Notes: a model not told the origin generated them from the letters alone. 64,000 nucleotides of DNA from an uncultured archaeon (GCA_964430885.1 CAYSHM010000001.1:160001-224000); one strand, 5' to 3'; numbered from the stretch's first letter, positions 1-10,930 are shown. Translations and numbers: made by a program.

Positions 1-10
1 GAATGTTAAA

Positions 11-964
11 GTGAATATGCATAGAGTCTTACATGATTATTTCATAAATGCGGATTCGGCCCCAATCAGGACAATAATAATTGGGGAAAAAGGTTCAGGA
101 AAAACTCATAGTCTAAGATATATCAAATCTACCAACCAGGGAAAACTCCAATCAAATAGATATAATTTGATTCATATAAAAGAGAAGGGATATTGGGATG
201 AGCAGAACCTTATAAATTTCATCTCCTCTTCCCGCCAAACAGGCGATTATAGATCTCAGCAAGAAAGAAATGTTGTATTATTGATCGATTATCCCAAAAG
301 ATTTGTATCCCGTGACCTGAAGATTTCAATGGATGCACTCATCGATTTAGCTTACAGGAGTAAATTTTCTATTTTTCTCTTCCTAAATTATGATCATTAT
401 AATATAATAAATGACAATCCCAATCTAATACTGTATCAATTCAATATGAATTTTTTAGCCCCCCTCACTTTGAAAGAGTTGAGCACCTTACTGATCAAAA
501 GGATATGGCAATTTAATCAGGAAAGAAGTTTTAATTCCGTCAGAACTGAACCAATCTTTTTTTCCGGGGAAGTTGTGGATTTTGTTCACAATTTATCTGG
601 GGGCAATCCCCGATTGGCCCTTTTATCTGCCTCCACCCTTCATTGTATGGCCCTTGAGATCGGTAAAACCTACGTTGATCAAGAGGTATTAAGCAGTTCA
701 ATGAACGGGCAAATCACATTAACAGGAAAAAAAGGATGTATATTACGACCAGGCTTTAATGATCTGATTAAATTAATTATTGGAGGCAATGATAACCGGT
801 CAATGATGGAACATAGAATATTGACCTTGATGAAAGATGGATTCGGATGGGATTTCTCCATTACCTTGCATCGTCTTAAAAAACTTATAAAAATGGGTCT
901 GCTGAATTCTATTGTCAGTCCCGAGGAAGGATGGTTTCGGAGATATGGTGTAACGATTGAATAG
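11..964 (+). CDS. P-loop AAA+ ATPase (ExeA/Cdc6-like) with probable C-terminal winged helix; may be 5'-truncated by the window edge
   Basis: Walker A GEKGSGKT, Walker B-like LLIDYP (atypical), sensor-2-like SGGNPRLAL, C-terminal HRLKKLIKMGLL...YGV wHTH-like segment. Confidence 0.6.
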   Translation: MNMHRVLHDYFINADSAPIRTIIIGEKGSGKTHSLRYIKSTNQGKLQSNRYNLIHIKEKGYWDEQNLINFISSSRQTGDYRSQQERNVVLLIDYPKRFVSRDLKISMDALIDLAYRSKFSIFLFLNYDHYNIINDNPNLILYQFNMNFLAPLTLKELSTLLIKRIWQFNQERSFNSVRTEPIFFSGEVVDFVHNLSGGNPRLALLSASTLHCMALEIGKTYVDQEVLSSSMNGQITLTGKKGCILRPGFNDLIKLIIGGNDNRSMMEHRILTLMKDGFGWDFSITLHRLKKLIKMGLLNSIVSPEEGWFRRYGVTIE

Positions 965-1173
965 TCCCTTTCTTTCCAAATACTTGATAATTATAATTCA
1001 GATATTTTTCATTTCAATGTAACATTGTTTTAATTTCTAATGCCGCAAAATAAAAATAGGGGTATTATGAATAGTAATTATTCTTATATATAGTATAATT
1101 GACTACCAGTAATCTACCAATAACAGCTGTTTTATTGGTGAATTAAAAATTAGATTAAAAGCGGTGAAAACCT

Positions 1174-4100
1174 ATGTTTGGAGAAATTGTTCGTTTATTT
1201 TCAAGGAATAAAAATTTCCTTCTTCTTCTTATCTTACTTAATTTATTATTATCCATGTCACTATTCTACTACCCTGGCAAATCGAACCGATCGCCTTCTT
1301 CTTCTTCCGAATTAATCATTCACGAGAGCATTGACGTTAACATTCATAGGTCAATGGAGGATCACCTATGGCCCATGTTTCTTCGAGATAAGTTCCACAC
1401 CTCAAATCAAGAGATAAATACTAAAGGAATAACCGAACCGCGAATAAAGTGGGACAATCAGGAGAATCAGATTTCTCTTTCCACAGTTGCGGGAGATTTT
1501 CAGGGAAATGTAGTTGGAGATTCCCTTGAAGGATTGAATTTTTTGGTCTATGTTGTATCCAATATAACATCCAATTATGTCCAAATAGTTGAACCCGTGA
1601 CCGGGGAACAGACGTGGGTTATTGATGTTGAGGACCTTAACCAGACGACTGTAGGGGATAGAATTGCAGCTTCTCCCGCAGTGGCAGATTTCGATAAGGA
1701 CGGTAAGACCGATATAGCTTTCATTACCGATAATGATTTAACGGACACTGGAACCCTGTATGTTTTTGAGCCAATCATTGAATTTCACAATTCGAGTTTT
1801 AGTTGGGATGTTAATAATACAATAAATGAAAGGATTATGGAATATTCCCATCAGGGTGATACATTAGAGGCCTCAATAACCCTTTCCGACTTCAATAATG
1901 ACGGAAGGGAGGATATTGCGGCCATAATGGGTTTGGAGCTAGTTGTATTTGATGTATATGGAGATTCCCTGATATTTGAATATGATAAAGCTCTGGGCAA
2001 TATGGCAAGTGCACCTGTAATATACGCCATGTCAAACGGAGATTCAAGATGTGTTTTCACAACTCTTGATGGGGATGACCTCAACATATACATGGTTACA
2101 CATCAAGGAGATACAGCATGGAACCATACCATAGAGCTTTCATCTGTTCCAAATCTGCCTGTATCACTTCTTCCTTCACCATCTGTCGGAGAGATATCCC
2201 TTACTCAGGAGGGTAAAGAGATAGTAATTCTGAGCCCATTTGAATCGGGCAACGGAAATATGAGGATTTTCTCAAAAACAGGTGACGAAATATGGCAGAC
2301 TCCTACAACCGTAACAGGTCAGTTCGATGCTAGCCCCTGTTTGGCGGATATAGACGGGGATTCACTTATGGAGATAGGTGTAGTATCCTGGAGGAGTGTT
2401 GGAATCCCGCTTCATCTAGAGACAAACTTATATCTGATTGATGATACGGGAGATATTATATGGAGGATAATTGAGAATGAAAGCCTTCCTTCAGACCCAT
2501 CCATCATTTCACCGTCCTTTTGTCTAATCAACCAGGATCAAATCCCTGACCTGACTTTCATGACATCACGAAGAGTTATAGCGGTGGATTGTGTTAGTGG
2601 TAATCGAATGTGGGAAATATCATCACCAGGAAATAGGATTACTTCATCGCCAGCAATTGGAGATTTTGACAGAGATGATTTCTTAGATATAACGACGAAT
2701 GGATTTACAGTTTCAAACGCAATAATTGACCTTACCGTGAATGCCGAAGATATCACGATAGATAGCAATGTCATATACGATGGTGTAGAAACACCAGTTT
2801 CGGTTATGGTACGCAATCTTGGGAAACATGCTGCGGATTCCGTTTCAGTATATCTTTACGAAAATACAACATCCATGGATAATGTTACCTTAGGATCTAT
2901 CCCAGGTGATGACAGCAGGGAGGTCGAACTCGATTGGATACCCACGGGTCCCGGCCTTAAAGATATTACAGTATTCATTGATTTCAACGATACAATTCAG
3001 GAAACCGACGAAGAGAACAACAAGGCCAGCCTTTTCCTTGATATTGAGCAGGCTCTGCCAGATGTTGTAATCAGAAAAGTAGATCTAATAAGAGCGGACA
3101 AAGTGATTGTTGATAATAATAACACTCATATTATTGAGGATGAATCATCTCTAATCAATATTACTGTTGAGAATATGGGATTGAAAGATTTGGATATTTG
3201 CCCTGTTCTTATCAAGATAAATGATGATGATATATTCAATGGCAATATCAATAATATAACCACTGGTCAAGAACATTATTTTGAGGTAATACACAGTTTC
3301 GATGATGGCAATTTCATATTAAATATATCTTTGGATAATCAAAATGATATAATGGAATTCAATGATAGTAATAATTACTACAATAATGAGATCAATGTGC
3401 TGGATAACGACGCTTCCGGGAGATCATATCTTGTTGAAGGCTTTACCTATAATGGAGATTTCCAGGAAATCCCGGATGTGAAAGTGGAGCTGATTAATCC
3501 TATAACCCTTGAGAAGATATGGGATTATTCAGACAATGAAGGATATTACTCTCTGAATCTAGCAAATCTCTCACTGGGATATGTGGAAGGCCAAGAGATT
3601 ATAATTACTGCACGATATCAGAATGAAGGGTATGAGTCAGTAATTTATCCCTACTCGGAGGACGGTGGAATATTAAAGAATATACTCTTGGTAAAGAAAA
3701 CCGGGCCCTTTGATATCATAATATCGGGGAATAATACAAGGGAAGTGAATTCTGGCTCAAATATGACCTTTATTTTTCAAGTAGTTAATGAGGCCGAAGA
3801 AGAGATTCAGGTTTCTTTGATCGTCAATGGATTGGTGAATATCAATACTAATGAGGATTTGAATTGGTTTTATGAATTAAGTATGGATAGTATATCTTTG
3901 GATATTGGAGAATCGGATGAATTAAGCCTATTGATTTCTGTACCGAAGGACACATTTTTGGATGTCAGGGCCCAGATCGAAATATTGATATCACATAGTT
4001 CAACCAGCTACAACAGAAGTGAGTTTTTTTATGTCATACCAATTCACCCTGATTTCGACATATTACAGGAGGAACAGGACATATCAGCGGAAAAAATATC

Positions 4101-5610
4101 AGATAATGAATATGGCGGAGAACTGAATTTCACACTAAAAAATAATGGTCATTCTGAAGAGGACTATCAGTTGAAAGTAAATTATTCGGCTGAAAATATT
4201 CATTCAGTATTCCCAGAACTTGTCTCCGTGGAAGGCCAATTCGCGAGAAAGATTACAGTCATGATTTCTACCGATGATCTGGGGAATTTTCCTCTATATA
4301 TTAATATAACAGTAAGATCGCAAAAAACGGGCCTTTCCAAACACCTTTTATGTTCGATTGTTTACGGTGAATCAGTGTTGTCCATTTCTAATAATGATGT
4401 CACTTTTTCACCAGTCCGACCACAGCTGAATAAGCAATTTTCAATAAGATGTAAAATATTCAATAACGGAACTGCTGATTCAAAGGGATTTCCAGTTGTA
4501 TTATATGATGATGTCAATGGTTCTAGAATTCTATTGAGTACTGAGAATGTATCCAATCTTATTGCAGGTTCGTATGTATTGATAAGTTTTTCCTTGACCC
4601 TTGACGAATATGGTCTCTATTCTTTCTTTATCGAGGCCGATCCTGATAATATAGTGCAAGGCAATCATATCAACAAGGTCATCAAAAAGGACCTGGATTT
4701 ACGGCCTGACATTGTGATTTATTCAATGTCTTTGGTTCCTTTCAAAGGTAATTCAAATAATCTCTCCGAGGTCAACTCAAAGATGACACCTTATCTAAAA
4801 GTCAATTTAGGTAATCCTACTACTGTGGATTTAGTTCAGGATATCGATATCCTGATAAAAATGTCAGATCAGAACCTGAGCATTAGAGATGTTCATGTTG
4901 GCTTATATATTATCTCTGAGGAGATAGGGGCGGGAGAGAATAGCACAATATATATCTTGATTGATTTAACTGGATTTTCAGATTCAGAAGGTGATTTGCT
5001 ACTTTCTCTAGCAATAGATATAAATGGCAATGTGACTGAAATTGATGAGACTAATAATGATTATAAACAGAAGGTGAAGATCGGCAGAACCGGTACCGAT
5101 ACCGCATCATTAGAGTACAAATTAAAGGATGATGATATCTTGATAGCAGTGGGATTTATTGTACTGTTTGTAGTTATTTTACTTATTATACGCCGAACCA
5201 AGGAGAGAAAAGGAAAAAAGAGTGGCAGTAAAAAAGTGAAGCTCAGCAGTGAATCATCCGAGATGAAAACCTCAAAAATCAGCCGCTCGAAGGTGAAAAC
5301 AGATATAATTGCAAAACCAAGGGATGAAATCGCAGGCACCGAAATTGTTATTGAGGCCAATGAAGTACAGGATGTGAAGAATCATGCTAAAGTAGATCAC
5401 ACTATTGGTGATATATCGATGTCAAAATCAAAGAATCATGATATTTACGGACAAGATAATTTGGACCTCTTTGATGAGTTTTCCGATATGTTGGATGTGG
5501 ACTTTGACTATGATGATTTATCATCCAATCAATATGAAATAAGTCATGCGGAATCGCAGGGAGATTTTATAAATAATCTTCGTAATGAAATTAAAAAAAT
5601 GAAGTATTAA
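1174..5610 (+). CDS. Membrane-anchored surface protein: FG-GAP/beta-propeller, several CARDB domains, C-terminal TM and cytoplasmic tail
   Basis: Hydrophobic signal, WPMFLRDKFHT, repeated SPxxxDxDxDGxxDI motifs, CARDB ends (IQETDEENN, IMEFNDSNN, VTEIDETNN), TM ILIAVGFIVLFVVILLII-RR; RBS GGTGA. Confidence 0.85.
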   Translation: MFGEIVRLFSRNKNFLLLLILLNLLLSMSLFYYPGKSNRSPSSSSELIIHESIDVNIHRSMEDHLWPMFLRDKFHTSNQEINTKGITEPRIKWDNQENQISLSTVAGDFQGNVVGDSLEGLNFLVYVVSNITSNYVQIVEPVTGEQTWVIDVEDLNQTTVGDRIAASPAVADFDKDGKTDIAFITDNDLTDTGTLYVFEPIIEFHNSSFSWDVNNTINERIMEYSHQGDTLEASITLSDFNNDGREDIAAIMGLELVVFDVYGDSLIFEYDKALGNMASAPVIYAMSNGDSRCVFTTLDGDDLNIYMVTHQGDTAWNHTIELSSVPNLPVSLLPSPSVGEISLTQEGKEIVILSPFESGNGNMRIFSKTGDEIWQTPTTVTGQFDASPCLADIDGDSLMEIGVVSWRSVGIPLHLETNLYLIDDTGDIIWRIIENESLPSDPSIISPSFCLINQDQIPDLTFMTSRRVIAVDCVSGNRMWEISSPGNRITSSPAIGDFDRDDFLDITTNGFTVSNAIIDLTVNAEDITIDSNVIYDGVETPVSVMVRNLGKHAADSVSVYLYENTTSMDNVTLGSIPGDDSREVELDWIPTGPGLKDITVFIDFNDTIQETDEENNKASLFLDIEQALPDVVIRKVDLIRADKVIVDNNNTHIIEDESSLINITVENMGLKDLDICPVLIKINDDDIFNGNINNITTGQEHYFEVIHSFDDGNFILNISLDNQNDIMEFNDSNNYYNNEINVLDNDASGRSYLVEGFTYNGDFQEIPDVKVELINPITLEKIWDYSDNEGYYSLNLANLSLGYVEGQEIIITARYQNEGYESVIYPYSEDGGILKNILLVKKTGPFDIIISGNNTREVNSGSNMTFIFQVVNEAEEEIQVSLIVNGLVNINTNEDLNWFYELSMDSISLDIGESDELSLLISVPKDTFLDVRAQIEILISHSSTSYNRSEFFYVIPIHPDFDILQEEQDISAEKISDNEYGGELNFTLKNNGHSEEDYQLKVNYSAENIHSVFPELVSVEGQFARKITVMISTDDLGNFPLYINITVRSQKTGLSKHLLCSIVYGESVLSISNNDVTFSPVRPQLNKQFSIRCKIFNNGTADSKGFPVVLYDDVNGSRILLSTENVSNLIAGSYVLISFSLTLDEYGLYSFFIEADPDNIVQGNHINKVIKKDLDLRPDIVIYSMSLVPFKGNSNNLSEVNSKMTPYLKVNLGNPTTVDLVQDIDILIKMSDQNLSIRDVHVGLYIISEEIGAGENSTIYILIDLTGFSDSEGDLLLSLAIDINGNVTEIDETNNDYKQKVKIGRTGTDTASLEYKLKDDDILIAVGFIVLFVVILLIIRRTKERKGKKSGSKKVKLSSESSEMKTSKISRSKVKTDIIAKPRDEIAGTEIVIEANEVQDVKNHAKVDHTIGDISMSKSKNHDIYGQDNLDLFDEFSDMLDVDFDYDDLSSNQYEISHAESQGDFINNLRNEIKKMKY

Positions 5611-5698
5611 AAATAATTTTTTACAATTAATGAAGTTATATTCGGAATGAGGCCGATTAATTTTATTAAAGCCAATCGGGAATTAATTGAGCGGAACG

Positions 5699-5708
5699 TT
5701 TATAAATA
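5699..5708 (+). promoter_or_regulatory. Archaeal TATA box (with purine-rich BRE-like flank) for the candidate ncRNA
   Basis: cggaacg-TTTATAAATA about 21 nt upstream of the stem starting at 5729; no ORF follows on this strand. Confidence 0.5.
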
Positions 5709-5728
5709 TTAAATGCCTTATAAAATAG

Positions 5729-5845
5729 AGGACAGGGCCAAGGATATTTTTATTATCCCTTGCCTTCTTGTGTTCATTTACCGAACCCAGTAAATAACAC
5801 ATAAAACCCCCTCCCTCTGGCGAACTGGTCCTGTCCTGATTTTTG
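5729..5845 (+). ncRNA. Candidate structured small RNA (~110 nt)
   Basis: 12-bp terminal stem AGGACAGGGCCA(5729-5740)/TGGTCCTGTCCT(5826-5837), internal hairpins, TATA upstream, T-tract downstream. Confidence 0.5.
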
Positions 5846-5973
5846 TTATTGTCTAGCTCCAGCAGTAAAATTTCTACAGATAATTAAATAAATTTGAATC
5901 CGACAACTAGAGCTGAATATATATATATATTATATATAAAAAAGAATTGGAGATAGGTATAGATCAACTGAAC

Positions 5974-8900
5974 CTATCTCTTCTTCTTGATGATTTTCTT
6001 TTCTGAGTAATAAGCACCGATATTAGTTTTGGTCATCTTGTTTACTTCATTTTCTTCATATCTTTCTAACTTGTGCTCGTTCACATCATAATCATCTTCG
6101 ATCCTTTCGGATCGGACATCCTGCTCTCCGCCCCTCCCTGGTTGGAGATTATAGGGGTCATTGTTCGGAACTGAACTGCTGTCTGTCGGGTCACTGTTCC
6201 CTCGGTACTCCGCTGAATTGTTCCAGGTATCGCCATCGCAGTCCTCATCTCCGTCTAGAACGCCATTTCCGTCAGAATCTTCTTTGGTAGGCCAGAACTT
6301 ACCTTTATAGAGATCGGGTGCGATGACATGACCAGTTGGCTTATAATCCGTTGTGAAGAGTTTTGTTGACAGATTAAATATTTCTTCCCATCCGCGGGCT
6401 AGAGTATCATTGTCCTCATAGGGGGAGGCCTTGGAGGCATTCAGGGGATAATCCATGAAGAAAATCTCCTTACCATCAGCAACAGAATCCCCGTCAACAT
6501 CATATTTATTTGGATTGAGGGTTACATCACTTCCGTTCACAGGGTCCCAATTTCCGTATTTGTATTCCATTTCCGAGGTCAAGGGATGATAATATTCCTT
6601 GACCATGGCTTTTCCGGTCGCACCATCAATCTCGTTGGGGTCTATCATATAATAAGTAGCTCCATCGGGATACCAGACCCCATCCTGATAATCCAAGGAC
6701 CATAAGGAATCGGTCATTTCAACTGAAACGTCTTCAATACTGTTCTTTTCTGCACTCCATTGCCTATATTGAACAGTGCCTGAAATCTCCACATCCTCTA
6801 TTCTCCCAGATGATTCATTCCATACGTCCAGCTCTACAGTTTCTCCCTTTTTCAATCCCATGGAATTCGCTTCGGTAGGATCAAGATACCATCCCCATTT
6901 TCCAGAGGTAGGTTTGTAAACCCAAGCTCGGTATTTAATTTCCCATCCGTCAGGAAGTTCATCACCGTCTGAATCCTCATCAAGAGGATCGGTGGTATTA
7001 TCCATTTCCTGGAAATTGTTCAGTCCGTCATTATCTGGATCGTCTTCGCCATCATATGGGTAAAGGGGATTGATTACGTATACTGCCGGTAATTCATCAT
7101 CCACCCTTCCGTCTCCATTGATGTCCAGGAACGATTCCCAACTGCCTGTGAATGGCCGGTCATAATGATTCTGGGAGTAGCTGGGGTCGAACCATACCTC
7201 GGCACCGTGAAACATTGTATAGTACCGGATGATGCTGATCTGCCTAGTCCTTCCATGGATGGCCTCCCATCCATCAAGTAAGCCGTCGTCATCAGTATCT
7301 GGATCTCTAGGGTCTGATGAATCAATTGTTTCATCATGAATATTCTTGTAAGGGTAGAAATCAGTCTTTATCTCTTTTCCATCCAGCAGTTGGTCGAAAT
7401 CGGTATCTGGCAGGGTTGGATGAGTGATATATCCATATGTGGAATAAACCTCTTCAGCATCCTCCAGTTCATCGAAATCAGTATCTTTATTGCATGGGTC
7501 AGGGTAAACCCAGCCGAAATCCTCCATTTTCTTGCCGAAAACCTCTTCTACATCCTGAAGTCCATCTAGATCGGTATCAGGGTTTGAAGCATTAGTGGGA
7601 TGGAAAGTTAGGCTTCCATCATGGGTTTGACCATTCACTTCTTCCCAATCATCCAAGACTCTAGAAGCGTTCTTCTCGTCAAAGTCCATATCCGTATCGG
7701 CATTGGATGCGTTGGTATAGTAAAGGGAAACGAATCCTTCTACAGTATAATATACGCCATCGATGAGTTCTCCGTAGAAACCTTCAAGAAGTTCCACACC
7801 ATCTATTAATCCGTCTCCGTCGGTATCAGGGTTATTTGGGTTTGTGCTGTATGGATACAGCTCAGTTCCGGTGTATTCTAGAAGATTGGTGAGGTTATCC
7901 CTTTCAAATATGTATTCGCCGGGCACCGCGATAGAATCTCCATTCTCATCGATCCATCTGGTATCTACATCCAAGTCGGAATCAGCTACAGTTGGATCTA
8001 AACTTGTCACGTAATAATTGAAATCATTCGGGCCATAAGATGAATCATAGTTGATGAGTAAAGCATTAATGGCTTCCCATCCATCAGGAATCATATCCCC
8101 GTCAGTATCGCTGATAAGGGGGTCTGTTGATTCCCACCATTTTTCATCTGGTGAAGGATAGGCAAATTCAAGATAATTAGAAAGGCCGTCATCATCAAGA
8201 TCCAGGAATCTATCGGACGCGTTAAGGGGATCCAGACCATAGTTTTTCTCCCAAGCATCCCACATGGCATCTCCGTCGGTATCGGGATCTATTGGGCTAG
8301 TATCTTCATGATGGACTTCCCACCAATCATAGAACTCATACTCATTGCCGTCAGGTGTTTTGAAGGTATCTCCATCTGTATCCCAGTTAAGGGGATCGGT
8401 TCCGGCCAAATATTCCTCAAGATTGGTCATTCCATCAGGCCTGTATTCTTTCTGCCCTACATATTGACTGGAAACCCTTTTGTTATTGCTTGCGATCGAG
8501 ACATGGCTGTAGGTTTCAATAATGGAAAGATCCATGTCTAGATCGGCATCATTAGGGTCCATAGGGTTAAGTGAAAAATTATAGTCGAAAATCTCATAGT
8601 TCTCGGAATTCTCATTGAACTGATATATTGTCACGTTTTTCTCAGTTCTCCAGTAGGTGGCACCATGCCATTTTTCCTCTGGCCGTTCATTCCCACCGTG
8701 GTAAAATTCATAGAAATCACCCATGCCATCATTATCCGAATCAAAAGAAGAGGGATTTGTAGTGGGGTAAATTGGTGTTCCCAGGTGTATCTGCCTCCAT
8801 GGGTCGTAGTCATTATAATCAAAGTTCTGGAGGGTGGCAGGGTTAATGTGCTCATCACACAGGTGGAATCCTCCCTGTTCGGCAATTTCCCTGAGAATCT

Positions 8901-9486
8901 TTGGTCTCTCACTTTCCAGGGTAAGGTCGTGCATCCTCTCTCTACCTATTATCTTCTCAATGCTTCCGTTACAGTATTCCTCCAGATTGGTTAGGTTTTC
9001 ACCGCCGTCCCAGTCTGCAGTATCCGAGAAATGAGCGTTCAATGCACCTGTCTTTGAAAGATCTAATCCATCACCATCAGGATTTGCCCCTGCATCCGGT
9101 ATGTTTGGATCGATTGTGAATTTGCCTGTTACTGGGTTTTTAACCATATAAAATGCTTCCCATCCATCCATCATACCATCACTGTCAGTGTCGGGATTTG
9201 AAGCGTTTGTTCCATAAACATAATTTTCCTCAATATCACTAAGTTTATCTGGTCTATCCAGTTCATTCTCGTCCTGAACGCCGTCTCCGTCATCATCCCA
9301 ATAATCTGAATCGGCCATTATTATTCCTGAAGCGCTAGCCACGGCTTCTTCCCATGGGTCAACGTCTTCAGCTTCCGAATAATCGCCTCCTCCTACACCG
9401 CCCAATATGTTTATTACAGCAAAACCTAAGCCGGCCAATAATAGAAAACCAACTAGGCTCAAGGTAACTCCTTTGACTACGTCCAT
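5974..9486 (-). CDS. N-terminally membrane-anchored protein with many Ca-binding DxDxDG (thrombospondin type 3-like) repeats
   Basis: N-terminal TM, then many PxxxDTDxDGxxDxWE / NLEEY repeats. Confidence 0.85.
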   Translation of the reverse strand: MDVVKGVTLSLVGFLLLAGLGFAVINILGGVGGGDYSEAEDVDPWEEAVASASGIIMADSDYWDDDGDGVQDENELDRPDKLSDIEENYVYGTNASNPDTDSDGMMDGWEAFYMVKNPVTGKFTIDPNIPDAGANPDGDGLDLSKTGALNAHFSDTADWDGGENLTNLEEYCNGSIEKIIGRERMHDLTLESERPKILREIAEQGGFHLCDEHINPATLQNFDYNDYDPWRQIHLGTPIYPTTNPSSFDSDNDGMGDFYEFYHGGNERPEEKWHGATYWRTEKNVTIYQFNENSENYEIFDYNFSLNPMDPNDADLDMDLSIIETYSHVSIASNNKRVSSQYVGQKEYRPDGMTNLEEYLAGTDPLNWDTDGDTFKTPDGNEYEFYDWWEVHHEDTSPIDPDTDGDAMWDAWEKNYGLDPLNASDRFLDLDDDGLSNYLEFAYPSPDEKWWESTDPLISDTDGDMIPDGWEAINALLINYDSSYGPNDFNYYVTSLDPTVADSDLDVDTRWIDENGDSIAVPGEYIFERDNLTNLLEYTGTELYPYSTNPNNPDTDGDGLIDGVELLEGFYGELIDGVYYTVEGFVSLYYTNASNADTDMDFDEKNASRVLDDWEEVNGQTHDGSLTFHPTNASNPDTDLDGLQDVEEVFGKKMEDFGWVYPDPCNKDTDFDELEDAEEVYSTYGYITHPTLPDTDFDQLLDGKEIKTDFYPYKNIHDETIDSSDPRDPDTDDDGLLDGWEAIHGRTRQISIIRYYTMFHGAEVWFDPSYSQNHYDRPFTGSWESFLDINGDGRVDDELPAVYVINPLYPYDGEDDPDNDGLNNFQEMDNTTDPLDEDSDGDELPDGWEIKYRAWVYKPTSGKWGWYLDPTEANSMGLKKGETVELDVWNESSGRIEDVEISGTVQYRQWSAEKNSIEDVSVEMTDSLWSLDYQDGVWYPDGATYYMIDPNEIDGATGKAMVKEYYHPLTSEMEYKYGNWDPVNGSDVTLNPNKYDVDGDSVADGKEIFFMDYPLNASKASPYEDNDTLARGWEEIFNLSTKLFTTDYKPTGHVIAPDLYKGKFWPTKEDSDGNGVLDGDEDCDGDTWNNSAEYRGNSDPTDSSSVPNNDPYNLQPGRGGEQDVRSERIEDDYDVNEHKLERYEENEVNKMTKTNIGAYYSEKKIIKKKR

Positions 9487-9916
9487 ATGTTATTCCCTCC
9501 TGGATATCTCTCTAACAGTATGATGTTCAGTGTATTCATGTTACATTTTACGTATTTTGGATATTTAAGTTTATTGATACACTTTTTAGATTTATTTGAC
9601 TCTTATTATGCATTCAGCCACTATATCTCGGATATAGTACAGGCCCCAATCGTAATTTGTTTTATTTATTTGTATTTATCATTTTATTTGAAATCTTTGC
9701 CCTTTGAATAAACCAAATATTGGCCATAGATACTGTCAGATAAACAATGGAAGATTACTCTTCGTTTCGAGTATAAATATCAATTTCTGAGAATTGTAAA
9801 AGAGTACTATTATAAACGAATGAGTTTCACACCTTCGAATTATAGGTTATCTGTAGATTGTTATATTGAAAAAAACCTTAGTGACGACAGAATATAAAGA
9901 ATCAATGGGTGATAAA

Positions 9917-10855
9917 ATGAGAATATTGGTGAATGATGCAACAGCAAAGGAAGCATTGGAGCTATTGGGTGAACATCATGAGGTTACAGCTCATCATTAC
10001 GAGCTAGAAGAACTTGTAGAAAAAATTGTGGATTTCGATGCGATTTTGATCAGAAGTGCAACAAAGCTACTTGATCCTAGAATTTTTGAAAACGGCAAAT
10101 CACTCAAGGTCATCGGCAGAGCAGGTGTAGGTACTGACAATATTGATGTATCTAAAGCGACCTCCCTTGGAATTCCAGTAGTATTTGCGCCTACGGGAGC
10201 AATGATCTCCGTAGCTGAACTTACCATAGGACATATGTTGGCGCTTTCCAGACATATTGTGAAATCGACAAATTCAATGAAGGAAGGCCAATGGCTAAAA
10301 TCAAAGCTCAAAGGTAATGAACTATACGGTAAGACACTCGGCCTCTTCGGATGCGGTAATATTGGTAACCAAACAGCCCTATTAGCTCAGTATTTAGGTA
10401 TGGAAGTCATTTATTGTGACATAGTGTGCAATCAGGAATTGGATGCGGAGCAGGTTCCCAAAGAAGAACTTTTATCTAGAAGTGATTTTCTATCCATGCA
10501 TCTTCCAAAAACACCTAAGACTACACATATAATATCACACGAGGAGTTTAAATTAATGAAGAATACCGCCTTCCTGATAAACTGTGCCCGGGGTGGAGTT
10601 GTTGATGAAGAAGCACTATATGAAGCTTTGAGCAATGGAGAGATTGCTGGCGCCGCTTTAGACGTTTTTGAAAAAGAACCCATTGACCCCAACAATCCAC
10701 TGCTTAAATTGGATAACATTCATTTCAGCCCTCATTTAGGAGCGAGCACAAAAGAAGCTCAGATCCGGGCAGGGACTATGACAGCAGGAGGAATATTGGA
10801 TGTTTTGGCAGGTGAAAATCCAAAATATTGCAAAAATCCCTCTGTTCTAAAGTAA
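9917..10855 (+). CDS. serA: D-3-phosphoglycerate dehydrogenase / D-2-hydroxyacid dehydrogenase (no ACT domain)
   Basis: RAGVGTDNID, GCGNIG, INCARGGVVDE, ALDVFEKEP, SPHLGASTKEAQ; start moved to ATG 9917 after the GGTGA RBS. Confidence 0.85.
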   Translation: MRILVNDATAKEALELLGEHHEVTAHHYELEELVEKIVDFDAILIRSATKLLDPRIFENGKSLKVIGRAGVGTDNIDVSKATSLGIPVVFAPTGAMISVAELTIGHMLALSRHIVKSTNSMKEGQWLKSKLKGNELYGKTLGLFGCGNIGNQTALLAQYLGMEVIYCDIVCNQELDAEQVPKEELLSRSDFLSMHLPKTPKTTHIISHEEFKLMKNTAFLINCARGGVVDEEALYEALSNGEIAGAALDVFEKEPIDPNNPLLKLDNIHFSPHLGASTKEAQIRAGTMTAGGILDVLAGENPKYCKNPSVLK

Positions 10856-10875
10856 AAAGGATTTAAAATCAAAAC

Positions 10876-10915
10876 ATGATTGGGGACTTTTCATAGTTTT
10901 CAAGATCCCAATCAT
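10876..10915. terminator. Inverted repeat between convergent serA and lrp genes (probable bidirectional terminator)
   Basis: ATGATTGGG(10876-10884)...CCCAATCAT(10907-10915). Confidence 0.45.
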
Positions 10916-10930
10916 TTACTTAAATGATTT

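Noticed and set aside
5917-5938. (AT)n tract
   Set aside because: Short low-complexity run in an AT-rich intergenic region; no functional evidence
9487-9711. 74-aa hydrophobic ORF and the many short antisense ORFs in the track
   Set aside because: Shadow ORFs of real genes or AT-rich promoter DNA, with no motifs
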